A DNA stretch of 64,000 nt from Chlamydiales bacterium. GTDB lineage: Bacteria > Chlamydiota > Chlamydiia > Chlamydiales > JAAZZY01. The notes below the pieces were generated by a model, which saw only the letters and a program-made list of their open reading frames with translations, was not told where the DNA came from and made no database searches. The stretch lies in NCBI GenBank assembly GCA_965206695.1, contig CBDBKM010000011.1:192001-256000 (forward strand), in the 5' to 3' direction. Made by a program: the position numbers and the translations under genes. This document shows positions 1-10,578 of the stretch, piece by piece; within the stretch, counting starts at the first letter, position 1; the number at the start of each line of letters is the position of its first letter.

Positions 1-1
1 C

Positions 2-145
2 TATTGGATATGTTCAACCTTATTGGGAATACTACAGCAATGGATAACGAACCGTATGTTAGATAAGAAGAAAAAAAGAGAGACAATTGTCTTAGAAGAA
101 ACTCGATCTTCTAAGAAGAAACGAAAAGCTAAACCGGCAACATGA
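2..145 (+). CDS. yidC: Membrane protein insertase YidC, C-terminal fragment (partial at window edge)
   Basis: Frame 2 reads YWICSTLLGILQQWITNRMLDKKKK...*, matching the last TM segment of YidC (YW..S....xQQ). It lies directly upstream of dnaA, as in Chlamydia. Confidence 0.8.
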   Translation, partial: YWICSTLLGILQQWITNRMLDKKKKRETIVLEETRSSKKKRKAKPAT

Positions 146-149
146 TACT

Positions 150-1529
150 ATGCTTATCTGGAACCAATTTCTTATGTCAAAAGAAAAGGAGCTGGGCATT
201 GAAACGGTTAACAAGTGGTTAAAACCATTAAAAGTTGTTAACTATGATGCCTGCAATCTTTATTTGGAGGCAAAAGATTCTTTTCAGGCTTTATGGTTTG
301 AAGAACACATCTTACCCACGGCTAAATTTAATTTACGCAATAACAATAATACACCAATTAAAGTTCACTTAAGTGTCGCAAATTTTACACTTCCTAATGC
401 GGCTAACGAGGTAGCAAAGGATACGCCCTTTTCTAATACCTTTGAGCTAACCTATGAAAAAATAGACACAGACAATTCTTTTAACACTCTCATTCCTTAC
501 AAAGGAAACCTCATCCCTTATAAACTTTTAGCTGAACTTATCGGCTATGACACTGTCAATGATACATATATTGATAGCAAGCTACCCCTAGCCGGTATTA
601 ACCCTATTTATATTTATGGATTGAATGGTACAGGGAAAACTCATTTTCTAATGGCTACAACACAAGCGTTAAGAAAGAAAGGGATCAACGTTTTATACAC
701 TAAAGCTGAAACTTTTACAGATAACATGGTCCGTGCACTCAGGGCCGGTAAAATGCAAGAATTTAGAAAAGCTTATAGACATGCTGATATACTCATAATT
801 GATGATATCCATATATTCGCACGTAAATCCGCTACTCAAGAAGAATTTTTTCACACTTTTAATACGCTGCATGTCGAATGTAAACAAATTATTATTTCAG
901 CAAACCGCTCTCCTATTGAGCTGGATTCGATTGAATCTCGATTGATTAGCCGTTTTGAATGGGGAATTGTTCTCCCTCTTCAGCAGCCTGCCGAAAACGA
1001 CTTAAAGAATATTTTAGTAAAAAAATTACAGGGTTTAAATTTTCCACTTCAAAATTCTGTTCTAGAATTTTTATTAAAAAATTTCGGTAATAATCCCAAT
1101 CGTTTATATCGCTCAATAAAAGCCTTGACTCTACGCGCTCATCTAAAGTCTACTCCTTATAATACAAATTCATCAAAAGAAATCGATATCGCTTTTGTAA
1201 AAAAATTATTACACGATTTTTTAGAGGAACAAAAGAAAGCTATTTTAACTTCTGATAAAATCATTGAAGTAACAGCTAGCTTATATGGTATCCGAGTCCA
1301 AGATATTTTAGGTAAGTCTCAAAGTCGGGACTGCGTCTATCCCAGACAAGTTGCTATGTATCTATGCCGAGAAAAACTTTCTCTTCCTTATATGAAAATC
1401 GGTCATTTATTTTCAAGAGATCACTCTACAGTGATGACAAGTGTCAAACAAATTAAAAAAAACTTGATACGCAAAGATGAACAACTTATGCATGCTTTAA
1501 ACTCTCTTCATAAAAAACTATCTGAATAG
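150..1529 (+). CDS. dnaA: Chromosomal replication initiator DnaA (yidC-linked chlamydial paralog)
   Basis: Walker A GLNGTGKTH, IIDDIH, QEEFFHTFNTL, RLISRFEWG and C-terminal RDHSTV DNA-binding motif. Confidence 0.97.
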   Translation: MLIWNQFLMSKEKELGIETVNKWLKPLKVVNYDACNLYLEAKDSFQALWFEEHILPTAKFNLRNNNNTPIKVHLSVANFTLPNAANEVAKDTPFSNTFELTYEKIDTDNSFNTLIPYKGNLIPYKLLAELIGYDTVNDTYIDSKLPLAGINPIYIYGLNGTGKTHFLMATTQALRKKGINVLYTKAETFTDNMVRALRAGKMQEFRKAYRHADILIIDDIHIFARKSATQEEFFHTFNTLHVECKQIIISANRSPIELDSIESRLISRFEWGIVLPLQQPAENDLKNILVKKLQGLNFPLQNSVLEFLLKNFGNNPNRLYRSIKALTLRAHLKSTPYNTNSSKEIDIAFVKKLLHDFLEEQKKAILTSDKIIEVTASLYGIRVQDILGKSQSRDCVYPRQVAMYLCREKLSLPYMKIGHLFSRDHSTVMTSVKQIKKNLIRKDEQLMHALNSLHKKLSE

Positions 1530-1549
1530 TTTTATTAAGTTAATTCTTC

Positions 1550-1879
1550 TTAGAGCCAGCTTAAGATACCAATACGGGTAGCTAGCACGGAAGATGATTT
1601 ACTAAAAGTTTGAAACGCTTCATTTTCAAGTCTTGGAGCCTCAGGAGCATTAGGCCTCTTATAACTGTCAGGCTTTTCAAAGGCTAATGAAAGGCCCTCA
1701 GCATATTTTAAAAGGCCATGCATAGCTAATAGGCGAAGCAATTGACTAGACTCTTCTTTATCGCTAATATAAAAATGATAGGAAAAAAGAGCCTTTTCAG
1801 CGTGATCTTGATCACCGGATAAGCGCTTCTTAAATGGCTTACAATTAGATACTTTCTTTTTTGCTTTCATCAGACACAC
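1550..1879 (-). CDS. Hypothetical protein
   Basis: 109-aa ORF with an AAGGA-like RBS just upstream of the GTG/ATG starts; no recognisable motif. Confidence 0.4.
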   Translation of the reverse strand: MCLMKAKKKVSNCKPFKKRLSGDQDHAEKALFSYHFYISDKEESSQLLRLLAMHGLLKYAEGLSLAFEKPDSYKRPNAPEAPRLENEAFQTFSKSSSVLATRIGILSWL

Positions 1880-2100
1880 TCCTTAATATCAGTGATTAAA
1901 TACCCTTCTTTTAAATTAATTATAACATTTAGTTTAATTGATTGCCATGATTTTATCATTATTAAATATAAATGTAATTACTTAGTTAAAATCATAAGCT
2001 TCTATTGATCAATGACTTGATATTATTTCCGTAAAGTATAGACAGGTAATTAAAAATTATTTATAAAATTTAAAAAATATTAAAATAAGGAGTTCTAGCC

Positions 2101-2514
2101 ATGAATTATCATAAAAAGATTGAGACTGATAAAGCCCCTAAAGCAATAGGACCTTACTCTCAAGCTATCATAGCCGGAGATTCTCTTTATATCTCAGGAC
2201 AACTTCCTATTGATCCGGCAACAGGCAAAATTGTTGAGGGGGGTATTAGATCCCAAACCGAGCAGGTATTAAAAAATCTATTAGCTATTTTAAATCACTC
2301 AAATTTTGATATATCTAATGTCGTAAAATCAGAGATTTTTTTGAAAAATATGGATGATTTCAAAGAGATGAATGAAATTTATGGTAGTTTTTTTACTTTT
2401 AATCCTATGCCTGCAAGATATACTGTTGAAGTGGCTAAATTACCGTTAGATGTGGATATCGAAATCTCCTGCATCGCTTTTAAAGACCGGAAAATGAATG
2501 ACGACGTTGTCTGA
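2101..2514 (+). CDS. ridA: RidA/YjgF family reactive intermediate deaminase
   Basis: APKAIGPYSQA, ISGQLPIDP, PARYTVEVAKLP...IEI motifs; AGGAG RBS. Confidence 0.93.
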   Translation: MNYHKKIETDKAPKAIGPYSQAIIAGDSLYISGQLPIDPATGKIVEGGIRSQTEQVLKNLLAILNHSNFDISNVVKSEIFLKNMDDFKEMNEIYGSFFTFNPMPARYTVEVAKLPLDVDIEISCIAFKDRKMNDDVV

Positions 2515-3679
2515 TATAATTTCTTAATATAAAGCTTAAACCTAAAATGATTAAAGGCAGGCTTAAGTATTGCCCCATCAAAAGACTATTGTCTTCTATA
2601 AAAACTAAGCTTGTTGGAACTTTTAAAAACTCAATTATAAAACGAAAAGAAAATGTAATAGCAAAGAAGAGACCTATTATTACGCCGGACCCACAAACAG
2701 TCTTTTTTAAGCGCCAAAGAACATAAAGGAAGATGGAAATAGATAAATAAAATAAAGCTTCATATAATTGCACCGGATGCCTGGGAATGCCTGAAATTCC
2801 ATCACTGGGATGTCCGAAAATAACTGCCCATGGAACACGAGTAGGAAACCCTACAATTTCTTGATTCACAAAATTACCTATTCTAATACAAAAAGCTAAA
2901 AAAGCTGCCGGAACGGTTATAACATCCAGTAGACGAATGAAAGTTAAATCGGGAAATTGCAAGCGAATTTTTCTACGAAATAAATAAACGGTAAATAAAG
3001 TCGCAATAATACCGCCATGGCTAGCTAACCCACCCTGCCAAATTTTAAATATATCGATTAAATTGTCTTTGAAATTCGGCCACCCATAAAAAATAACATA
3101 ACCCAAACGAGAACCTAAAATAATACCAATAATAATATACCAGGTGAATTTATCCATAAGAGTAATGATGATAGATTTAAACGGCTGAAGTGAATGAAAA
3201 AAAGTTTTTTCTAAAATCAACCTTTTGGCTTTCGATTTAAAAAAATAACTCTTACTCAAAGCCGGTTTTTTATCAAGAAATGACTCTAAAATAGTATTCG
3301 TATGAACGAATCGATTCAGTAACTCTAAAAGGGCTTCTTTTAAAAATGGCTCTACCGGTTCATTTTTTTTGCCTTGAAGAAGTTTTTGTTGGTATCTAGT
3401 TTCTAAATTGTTAAAAAGAGCTACCATTTCCGGAGTATCATTTTTAATACCGGATTTAAATTGTTCAATAAATTTTGACCAATTTAAGATATGCCCCTCT
3501 TCATACCTAAAAGTCTTAGACAAATCATGACTTAAAATGTGAATTATGAGAAAATGTCCTGCAATAAAAGCAAAAGCAAAAAATAAACCGTACCAAGCAA
3601 CGGGATGGTTAATATACGGGATATAGAAAAGCACCTGCTCGGGATCCCAATAAAACCAAGATAACAGAATATTTTGCAT
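2480..3679 (-). CDS. lgt: Prolipoprotein diacylglyceryl transferase with a long insertion after TM1
   Basis: WYG, GSRLGYV, IWQGGLASHGG, RIGNFVNQEI, RHPVQLYE and RFIIEFLK motifs. Confidence 0.95.
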   Translation of the reverse strand: MQNILLSWFYWDPEQVLFYIPYINHPVAWYGLFFAFAFIAGHFLIIHILSHDLSKTFRYEEGHILNWSKFIEQFKSGIKNDTPEMVALFNNLETRYQQKLLQGKKNEPVEPFLKEALLELLNRFVHTNTILESFLDKKPALSKSYFFKSKAKRLILEKTFFHSLQPFKSIIITLMDKFTWYIIIGIILGSRLGYVIFYGWPNFKDNLIDIFKIWQGGLASHGGIIATLFTVYLFRRKIRLQFPDLTFIRLLDVITVPAAFLAFCIRIGNFVNQEIVGFPTRVPWAVIFGHPSDGISGIPRHPVQLYEALFYLSISIFLYVLWRLKKTVCGSGVIIGLFFAITFSFRFIIEFLKVPTSLVFIEDNSLLMGQYLSLPLIILGLSFILRNYIRQRRHSFSGL

Positions 3680-3746
3680 ACTTAACTACCTAACTTAAGT
3701 GTTTATCTAAATTCACCTATTAATATTTCAATTCAGGTTAAATTTT

Positions 3747-4217
3747 ATGATTAAAGTATCTATTCTTTCAATTGGTAAAGTAAAAGAAAGGTGGCTTCAA
3801 GAAGCCATAAAATTTTATCATAAACGTCTTCAGCCTGCTATATCATTGGAGTGTCTATGGGTTAAAGATTTTCTCCATGCAGAAAAATTCATTACAAAAG
3901 AATCTTGCGTTATTGGATTTGATCCTAATGGCGACGAACTTAATAGTGAATCCTTTTGCGATATGTTCTATACAAAATTAGAAAGAGGAGGATCTCGTCT
4001 TACTATGGTTATTGGTGACGCTTATGGCCTACCTCCATCATTCAAAAACCGGTTTCCTTTATTTAGCCTATCTCGTCTTACCTTTACCCATCAAATGACT
4101 CGTCTTATCCTTATCGAACAGATTTATCGAGCTTCCGAGATTAAACGAGGTTCACCATATCATCACGCTTCTCCGGCCAACGTCCCTTTTCTTACAGCAA
4201 AGGCATCACGAAAATAA
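3747..4217 (+). CDS. rlmH: 23S rRNA (pseudouridine1915-N3)-methyltransferase
   Basis: IGKVKE, IGDAYG, SLSRLTFTHQMTRLILIEQIYRA...PYHH SPOUT motifs. Confidence 0.93.
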   Translation: MIKVSILSIGKVKERWLQEAIKFYHKRLQPAISLECLWVKDFLHAEKFITKESCVIGFDPNGDELNSESFCDMFYTKLERGGSRLTMVIGDAYGLPPSFKNRFPLFSLSRLTFTHQMTRLILIEQIYRASEIKRGSPYHHASPANVPFLTAKASRK

Positions 4218-4711
4218 AGCATTGCTCCTTTAAGTAAAGCAGCCCCAATCATCAAATCTACGGATCCGCGAATATCAGGAATAACATGAAAAATTTTCAA
4301 TCCCAAGCCTAAACACACCATTAGGCCCAATAATAAATAATATTTTGTGCTATATATATTTTTTATACTACATGGATTAGGGAGCGATAAGATCCGACTA
4401 ACTCCCCTGCGGACTGACTTAATAAGAACGTACCTTCCTTTTAAATAACCAACCATTAATGAAATTGCAATTACAAAAGAGGCTGCTTGATCACCATCTC
4501 TGATAAAAGATGATAAAAGTTTAAAAAAAGAAAAATTTGGCGAGGCAATTAGATTTTCCCAATTTATAATTGAATCAGTGATAAAATGTACTCCAAGAGA
4601 CATCAGGAAAACACCAACAGCAAACCAAACCAAACCCGAAATAACTATCAAGGTAAAGTGGCTGCATTTGAACATAATAACACCTATGATATAATAAACT
4701 TGCATCATCAT
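4163..4711 (-). CDS. Conserved hypothetical integral membrane protein
   Basis: About four hydrophobic segments; lies near acpS/trxB, as do conserved chlamydial membrane genes. Confidence 0.7.
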   Translation of the reverse strand: MMMQVYYIIGVIMFKCSHFTLIVISGLVWFAVGVFLMSLGVHFITDSIINWENLIASPNFSFFKLLSSFIRDGDQAASFVIAISLMVGYLKGRYVLIKSVRRGVSRILSLPNPCSIKNIYSTKYYLLLGLMVCLGLGLKIFHVIPDIRGSVDLMIGAALLKGAMLYFRDAFAVRKGTLAGEA

Positions 4712-4927
4712 ATCCTAAACTGAAAAAATTAGCAATTTAGAATAAGATAAGATGTTTTGAAAAAAATTATATTTTAATTGAAAGATATCATGCTGTAAAC
4801 CAAAAAGAACTGACAAGAAATAGAATTTTTTCTTATATAAGAAAGCAAATCTCATACAATTTATAAGAAAATCGAATAAGCCATTTTAAAAAAATAAACA
4901 TAAATAAAACAACCCCAGGGATTAAGA

Positions 4928-5998
4928 ATGAATATCTCGCTAGCATTTATACGAATATTTTTTACTTTATTAAGTATCTGTTTTATCACAATATATACTA
5001 GTCATATTCAAGATGGCCCGACCGGTATCATTGTAGGAATTATTATTGGCCTAGTTTTTGGTTTTATTTTAATCGGTATTGATATGCTCTTCAGGCGCTT
5101 CAATCTCCGCTCTTTTAATATCGCTGTTTTAGGGCTTTTTTTCGGATATTTGATGGGAGAAGCTCTCGTATTAATCTTTGATGCTATCTTAAAAATTAGC
5201 ATGACTGTTGACATTCATGAAAAATTTATTGAAATCATTGAAATTGGTATCTTCCTTTTTGGTATTTATCTGGGATTAATCATGACATTGAGAGCTGCTG
5301 ATGAATTATATGTTAGTATCCCCTTTGTTAAATTCGCCCCTACCAGCCAAAAAAAGAAAGATCTTCTAATCGATACATCCGTTTTAGCCGATGCACGTAT
5401 TATCGACCTTTCGTCTTCCGGAGTTTTGGATCATCATCTTGTGATTCCCAGATTTATTATTAAAGAATTATATTCCCAAGCAGAATATTCTGATGAAATG
5501 ATTAAATCTAGAGCCAGGCGCTGTCTAGATGGATTAAAAAAGCTGGAAATGATTCCTAACTTAGGCATTCGATATAACGACACTGATTTTCCCGATGTAA
5601 AAGAACCTATTTCTAAGTTGATACGCCTAGCCAGGTTAATTGATGCCAATGTAATAACAGCAGATATTAGTCGTATTCAAATGTCTAGTATTGAAGGTGT
5701 TCGTATTATCAATATACACAGTTTAGCGAATTCCCTTAAACCGATTATGCAAGCAGGAGAGCGAATAAAGATCAAAGTTCAACGTTATGGAAAAGAACCC
5801 AGACAAGGGATCGGTTATCTGGAAGACGGCACAATGGTCGTAGTTAATGGAGGCGGCGAACATATTGGTCAAATTATTGAGGCTCAAGTCCTATCCGTCA
5901 AACACACTTCTTCCGGTCGAATGATTTTCTGTAACGCTGAGGAAGAATCTTCTCATAAATATGGTGAAATGACAGAAGAAGAAATGGACGAATACTAG
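4928..5998 (+). CDS. Membrane PIN/TRAM domain protein (YacL-like)
   Basis: Four N-terminal TM helices, PIN motif LIDTSVLADARI, TRAM motif GKEPRQGIGYLEDGTMVVV...SGRMIF. Confidence 0.92.
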   Translation: MNISLAFIRIFFTLLSICFITIYTSHIQDGPTGIIVGIIIGLVFGFILIGIDMLFRRFNLRSFNIAVLGLFFGYLMGEALVLIFDAILKISMTVDIHEKFIEIIEIGIFLFGIYLGLIMTLRAADELYVSIPFVKFAPTSQKKKDLLIDTSVLADARIIDLSSSGVLDHHLVIPRFIIKELYSQAEYSDEMIKSRARRCLDGLKKLEMIPNLGIRYNDTDFPDVKEPISKLIRLARLIDANVITADISRIQMSSIEGVRIINIHSLANSLKPIMQAGERIKIKVQRYGKEPRQGIGYLEDGTMVVVNGGGEHIGQIIEAQVLSVKHTSSGRMIFCNAEEESSHKYGEMTEEEMDEY

Positions 5999-6005
5999 AA
6001 GCCGT

Positions 6006-6371
6006 TTAAGTCCAAATAGCCATTGCTACCGTAAATTTATGACAATGGCTGATGGATAAAAGGACTTTCGGATTCTTAAATTTTTCAATTATACCTTTAG
6101 AAAACTTTACCTGAGGCTTCCCAAATTCATCATTTTTTATGATAATATCTAAAGGTGATAAGCTCTCTCCAAATCCTCTACCTAGAGCCTTCGCAATAGC
6201 TTCTTTTGCCGCAAATCGCCCTGCAAACCGCGTAACGCTATCTAAATATGAAAGGCAATACTCTTGCTCTTCCTTTGTAAATAACCGGTCTAAAAATCGT
6301 TGATTATGTCTTTTAAGGCTATCTTCAATTCTACTTATTTCAAGAATATCAGTACCAATGCCTTTAACCAT
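6006..6371 (-). CDS. acpS: Holo-ACP synthase
   Basis: GIGTDILE, AGRFAAKEAIAKALG, LSISH motifs. Confidence 0.96.
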   Translation of the reverse strand: MVKGIGTDILEISRIEDSLKRHNQRFLDRLFTKEEQEYCLSYLDSVTRFAGRFAAKEAIAKALGRGFGESLSPLDIIIKNDEFGKPQVKFSKGIIEKFKNPKVLLSISHCHKFTVAMAIWT

Positions 6372-6465
6372 AGCTTCCCTTAAATTTGACTATTATTGTC
6401 ATATAAACCTTCTTTCATATTTTGGACAATAGTTGGATTTGAAATTACTCTCAGTAGATAAGCAC

Positions 6466-7281
6466 TTAATAGACAGAAAAAGGAAAGAGATAAGAAAACC
6501 CAAATATATTGAGATATTGTGGAGCATTATGAGCATAAAGCCTAAAATTATAAGTCAATTCTATAGTACCGTAGCTAAGAAATTGATAATGATAAGATCC
6601 TCCAAGCTCTAAAATGCGATACTTTATACTGCCATACCCGGGGAAAAAAAGAGGAGTCTCCAGGTCCCTTTGACCAAATCCTAACTGATACTGTGAAAAT
6701 ACTCCCAATTGTTGACTATCATTGAAGTTTTTTTCCCAATACATTTTAATGTTTGCCCACGGACTTCCTTTATTAGCTAACCCCATGCTGCCTAAGCCCC
6801 AGATACGCCAATCCCAAAGCCAACCGCCGGAAAACTCCTTACCTAAGATTAGATCTACTTTGAAATTTGAATTCCCATGATAGAATTGAGCCACATCATG
6901 TAAGGCTTGAGTCGTAGGAAAGTATGACATAAATGCTGTAACAACCGATAAAGAATCCCCTTCAATATCATTAAGCCACTGATATTGAGTCCTAATTTTA
7001 GCATTCGCGAAATTAAAACTCATATGTCTTGTATTAGCAAATTCTATTTCTACTTCTGATTTCAATTTTGGAAAGGGAACAAAACCCAATCCTACATTGA
7101 AGAAAGTATCATTGGAAGTGTAGGTAATACTTTTGTTACCCGTATCTAAGGCATCAAATGACTGAAAACGACAGCTAGTAAGCATTTCATACTCAAGCCA
7201 TCGTCCATACCAAGGTCTTTCATTTAAGCTCAAACAACCAACAGGTAGAATTAAAAAAAGAAAAAGTAAATACCTACCCAT
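6466..7281 (-). CDS. Exported hypothetical protein, probable outer-membrane beta-barrel
   Basis: Signal-peptide-like N-terminus, aromatic-rich alternating strands and an aromatic C-terminus (FSYLFPFSVY). Confidence 0.6.
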   Translation of the reverse strand: MGRYLLFLFLILPVGCLSLNERPWYGRWLEYEMLTSCRFQSFDALDTGNKSITYTSNDTFFNVGLGFVPFPKLKSEVEIEFANTRHMSFNFANAKIRTQYQWLNDIEGDSLSVVTAFMSYFPTTQALHDVAQFYHGNSNFKVDLILGKEFSGGWLWDWRIWGLGSMGLANKGSPWANIKMYWEKNFNDSQQLGVFSQYQLGFGQRDLETPLFFPGYGSIKYRILELGGSYHYQFLSYGTIELTYNFRLYAHNAPQYLNIFGFSYLFPFSVY

Positions 7282-7292
7282 AAAAAAACCAA

Positions 7293-8255
7293 CTAATCAG
7301 AAAGACCTTTAGAAGCTAAGCATCTTTCTGCATCTAAAGCTGCCATACATCCTGAACCTGCAGCAGTAACCGCCTGTCGATAAAAAGGATCTTGTACATC
7401 ACCACATGCAAAGACTCCTTCTAAAGATGTGCGAGACGTTCCGGGTAGAACTTTTATATATCCACTTTGATCTAAATCGAGTTGATTGTCTAAAAAAGCA
7501 GTATTTGGTGTATGTCCAATTGCAAAAAATACACCTCCGGCAGGTTGTGTTATCACTTCATTAGTCTCAAGATTTTTTAATTCAACTGATCCTACAACAT
7601 CCTTGCCTTCAATTTTATCGATAACCGTATTCCATAATATTTCAATTTTCGGGTGATTTTTTGCGCGATCTGCCATAATAGGTGAAGCTCGTAATGTATC
7701 TCTTCTATGTACTAAAAAAACCTTTTTGCCATATTTAGTCAAAAATATAGCTTCTTCAACAGCGGAATCTCCTCCCCCTATAACATAAAGATCCTTTTTT
7801 CTGAAAATAGGCATCGCTCCATCACAAATAGCACAAGCAGTTACTCCTCGTTGCCACAACTCACCGTCACTTGCGCCGGGAATATTTAATCTTTTTGCCA
7901 TGGCTCCTGTTCCTATAATAAGAGCTTCTGTTTTAAATTGATTCTTCTTTCCAAAAATTTTGAAAGGCTTTGAGTTAAGATCCACCTTTTCAACATCTTC
8001 CATTAAACAGGTAGTCCCAAAACGAGTAGCCTGTTCTTTGAACTTCAACATTAATTCCGGCCCTTGAATACCTTCGGGAAAACCGGGGTAATTCTCTACA
8101 TCCGTTGTCGTCATTAACTGTCCACCACTTGGTCCGGAAAAAAAACCTTCAAAAATAATGGGTTTTAAATTGGCCCTCGCTGCATAGATAGCTGCTGTAT
8201 AGGAAGCGGGACCTGAACCGATAATCACCAGTTTCACTTTTTCCATAAATATCAA
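7293..8255 (-). CDS. trxB: Thioredoxin reductase
   Basis: [29 protein letters not shown] redox motif, [24 protein letters not shown]. Confidence 0.97.
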   Translation of the reverse strand: MIFMEKVKLVIIGSGPASYTAAIYAARANLKPIIFEGFFSGPSGGQLMTTTDVENYPGFPEGIQGPELMLKFKEQATRFGTTCLMEDVEKVDLNSKPFKIFGKKNQFKTEALIIGTGAMAKRLNIPGASDGELWQRGVTACAICDGAMPIFRKKDLYVIGGGDSAVEEAIFLTKYGKKVFLVHRRDTLRASPIMADRAKNHPKIEILWNTVIDKIEGKDVVGSVELKNLETNEVITQPAGGVFFAIGHTPNTAFLDNQLDLDQSGYIKVLPGTSRTSLEGVFACGDVQDPFYRQAVTAAGSGCMAALDAERCLASKGLSD

Positions 8256-8495
8256 GAACCTAAATTAAGTCAAAAGATTGCAAAAATTAAAAGTAAAAAT
8301 ATTAATGATTAATGATAAAAAAAGCAAGAAGCAAAACTTTATCTCAACATCAAAGTTCTCAATGAAATTAGGTAGATATTTAATCAGGTTTTGACACAAA
8401 AATAATCCCCAAATCCAAAAGCGCCGTATGTATCACTTTCTCGATTTGTCTATAGCTACCATGTAAATCTAGAATTAAACTTAAAAATAACACAA

Positions 8496-8523
8496 TAACC
8501 AGGTCCAAGATAGGACCTAGTTA
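8496..8523 (-). terminator. Putative intrinsic terminator after acpP
   Basis: Imperfect inverted repeat taaccaggtcc-aagata-ggacctagtta just downstream of the acpP stop. Confidence 0.5.
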
Positions 8524-8532
8524 CACTAAAAA

Positions 8533-8787
8533 CTATTCTGCTTTTTTCTTGTTCTCGATGTAAAGAATAACATCTTGAACAGTTTTTAATTTCTCAGCAT
8601 CTTCTTCAGATATTTCAAAACCAAAACGTTCTTCAAAAGTCATTATCAATTCTGTTAAATCTAAAGAATCTGCATTAAGATCCTCTACAAATGATTTTTC
8701 AGGAGTAACCTCAGTGGCATTAATGCCTAGTTGTTCCACAACAATATCAATTACTTTGTGTTCTATTGCCTTCCGATCTGTAGACAT
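8533..8787 (-). CDS. acpP: Acyl carrier protein
   Basis: [12 protein letters not shown] phosphopantetheine site. Confidence 0.97.
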   Translation of the reverse strand: MSTDRKAIEHKVIDIVVEQLGINATEVTPEKSFVEDLNADSLDLTELIMTFEERFGFEISEEDAEKLKTVQDVILYIENKKKAE

Positions 8788-8819
8788 TTATTTCCTCATA
8801 CATATTGTGTTAAAAAAAA

Positions 8820-9572
8820 TTATATCGTCATTCCGCCATCAAGAATAATTACTTGACCTGTTATATAATTAGACTGTTTGCCGGCTAAAAATTCAGCTGT
8901 ATAAGCAACTTCTTCCGGCAACCCCATTCGGCCCAATGGAATACCGTTAAGTATTTGACTTCTTAGTTTATCGGTTAACCCTTCTGTCATATTCGTGTCA
9001 ATAAAACCCGGTGCTATACAATTGACACATACATTGCGACTTGCTAATTCTTTGGCCAGGGATTTTGTGAACCCTATCATGCCTGATTTAGAAGCTGCAT
9101 AATTAACCTGTCCTGCATTTCCGGTTAGGCCAATGACTGAACTAATATTAATAATCTTTCCTTTTCTTGCCTTTATCAGGTGTCGAATAATTGATTTACA
9201 TGTGTTATAAACCGATTTTAAATTCACTGCAAGCACTCGATCCCAATCATCTTCCGGCATTTTCATTAATAGATTATCACGTACTATACCTGCATTATTT
9301 ATCAGTATATCAATCTCACCAAAGTGTTCAATAACTGTTTGAATGGCGTTTTGAACTTCTTGCATATTCGATACGTCTACTTGAAAAAAAATAACAGAAT
9401 CTGATCCGGAAGATTGTTTTATCTCTTCAAGAGCGCTTGTACCTCTTTCTAAATTAGAACCGAATAAAGTAACTCTAGCTCCTTTTACGGCAAACCTCTG
9501 TGCTATCGCTTTACCGATTCCTGAAGTACCTCCTGTTACAATAACAGATTTATCTTTCAAATCATTTTCCAT
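8820..9572 (-). CDS. fabG: 3-oxoacyl-ACP reductase
   Basis: TGGTSGIG, NNAGIVRD, YAASK; fab operon context. Confidence 0.96.
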   Translation of the reverse strand: MENDLKDKSVIVTGGTSGIGKAIAQRFAVKGARVTLFGSNLERGTSALEEIKQSSGSDSVIFFQVDVSNMQEVQNAIQTVIEHFGEIDILINNAGIVRDNLLMKMPEDDWDRVLAVNLKSVYNTCKSIIRHLIKARKGKIINISSVIGLTGNAGQVNYAASKSGMIGFTKSLAKELASRNVCVNCIAPGFIDTNMTEGLTDKLRSQILNGIPLGRMGLPEEVAYTAEFLAGKQSNYITGQVIILDGGMTI

Positions 9573-9595
9573 CTTTATATCTCTTTAAATATAAC

Positions 9596-10561
9596 TTAAA
9601 CTTCAACCATCTTTATTTCATTAGATAGTGTTTCTAAATTTTTCACTTTGTCAATACTTAAAGTCGGAACAGCTACGCCAATTCGCTTATTTAAGCCGGC
9701 TAAAACTGTACCACATCCTATTTCAATAAACAATCGGATATCCATGTCAAGCATGCTTCGAACACAACCTTCCCATTTAACCGTGTGTGTTACCTGTTTT
9801 ATCAGATTCTTGCGTATCATTTCTTTTTCAGTAGCCACTTGCCCTGTTACATTCATGACAATCGGTGTAAAATCATCATTAAGAGTTGTTTGCATAACCT
9901 TATTTTCTAACTGTTTTTCTGCTTTAGCCATTAAGGAACTATGAAATGCCCCACTTACATTTAAAGGTAATACGCGTTTTGCTCCAAAATCCTTTGCCGC
10001 TTTTATGCCGGATTCTACACCTGTCCTTGTACCGGAAATGACAACCTGACCCGGACAGTTTAAATTAGCTACCCAAAGATCAGAAGGCAGATTCATTTCT
10101 TCAACCATTTCAAGAACCTTTTTACTATTCAAACCTAATATGACAGCCATCGTTCCATCTGTTTGCTCACAAGCTTCCTGAATACATACACCCCTATGCC
10201 GGACCAAAGTAACACCATCAGAAAAATTCAAAATTCCTGCTGCTGTAGCAGCGCTATATTCTCCTAAGCTTAAACCGGAACAAACATACGGAAATAAATC
10301 CGGAAATTGACTCTCTATGACCTTTAAAATAGCTATACTATTTACATATAAAGCAATTTGGCAGTTTTTTGTGTTGGTCAACTCTTCAATGTTGCCATTG
10401 AAAATAAGACGTGTTAAATGAAAGTTTAATAGGTCATCTGCTTCATCAAATATTTGCTTAGCTATAGGAAAGGTGGCGTAAAAGTCTTTTCCCATACCTA
10501 TATAATGAGATTCCCCTTGACCCGGGAAAATAAAAGCAATTCTTCTATTTTCAGTCATCAT
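9596..10561 (-). CDS. fabD: Malonyl-CoA:ACP transacylase
   Basis: FPGQG, GLSLGEYS, VSGAFHS motifs. Confidence 0.96.
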   Translation of the reverse strand: MMTENRRIAFIFPGQGESHYIGMGKDFYATFPIAKQIFDEADDLLNFHLTRLIFNGNIEELTNTKNCQIALYVNSIAILKVIESQFPDLFPYVCSGLSLGEYSAATAAGILNFSDGVTLVRHRGVCIQEACEQTDGTMAVILGLNSKKVLEMVEEMNLPSDLWVANLNCPGQVVISGTRTGVESGIKAAKDFGAKRVLPLNVSGAFHSSLMAKAEKQLENKVMQTTLNDDFTPIVMNVTGQVATEKEMIRKNLIKQVTHTVKWEGCVRSMLDMDIRLFIEIGCGTVLAGLNKRIGVAVPTLSIDKVKNLETLSNEIKMVEV

Positions 10562-10578
10562 ATACCTTATTTTTTTCG

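Noticed and set aside
1880..2100. Possible oriC next to dnaA
   Set aside because: AT-rich, but no TTATCCACA-type boxes were seen. It is explained as a divergent promoter region, and chlamydial oriC is not dnaA-linked.
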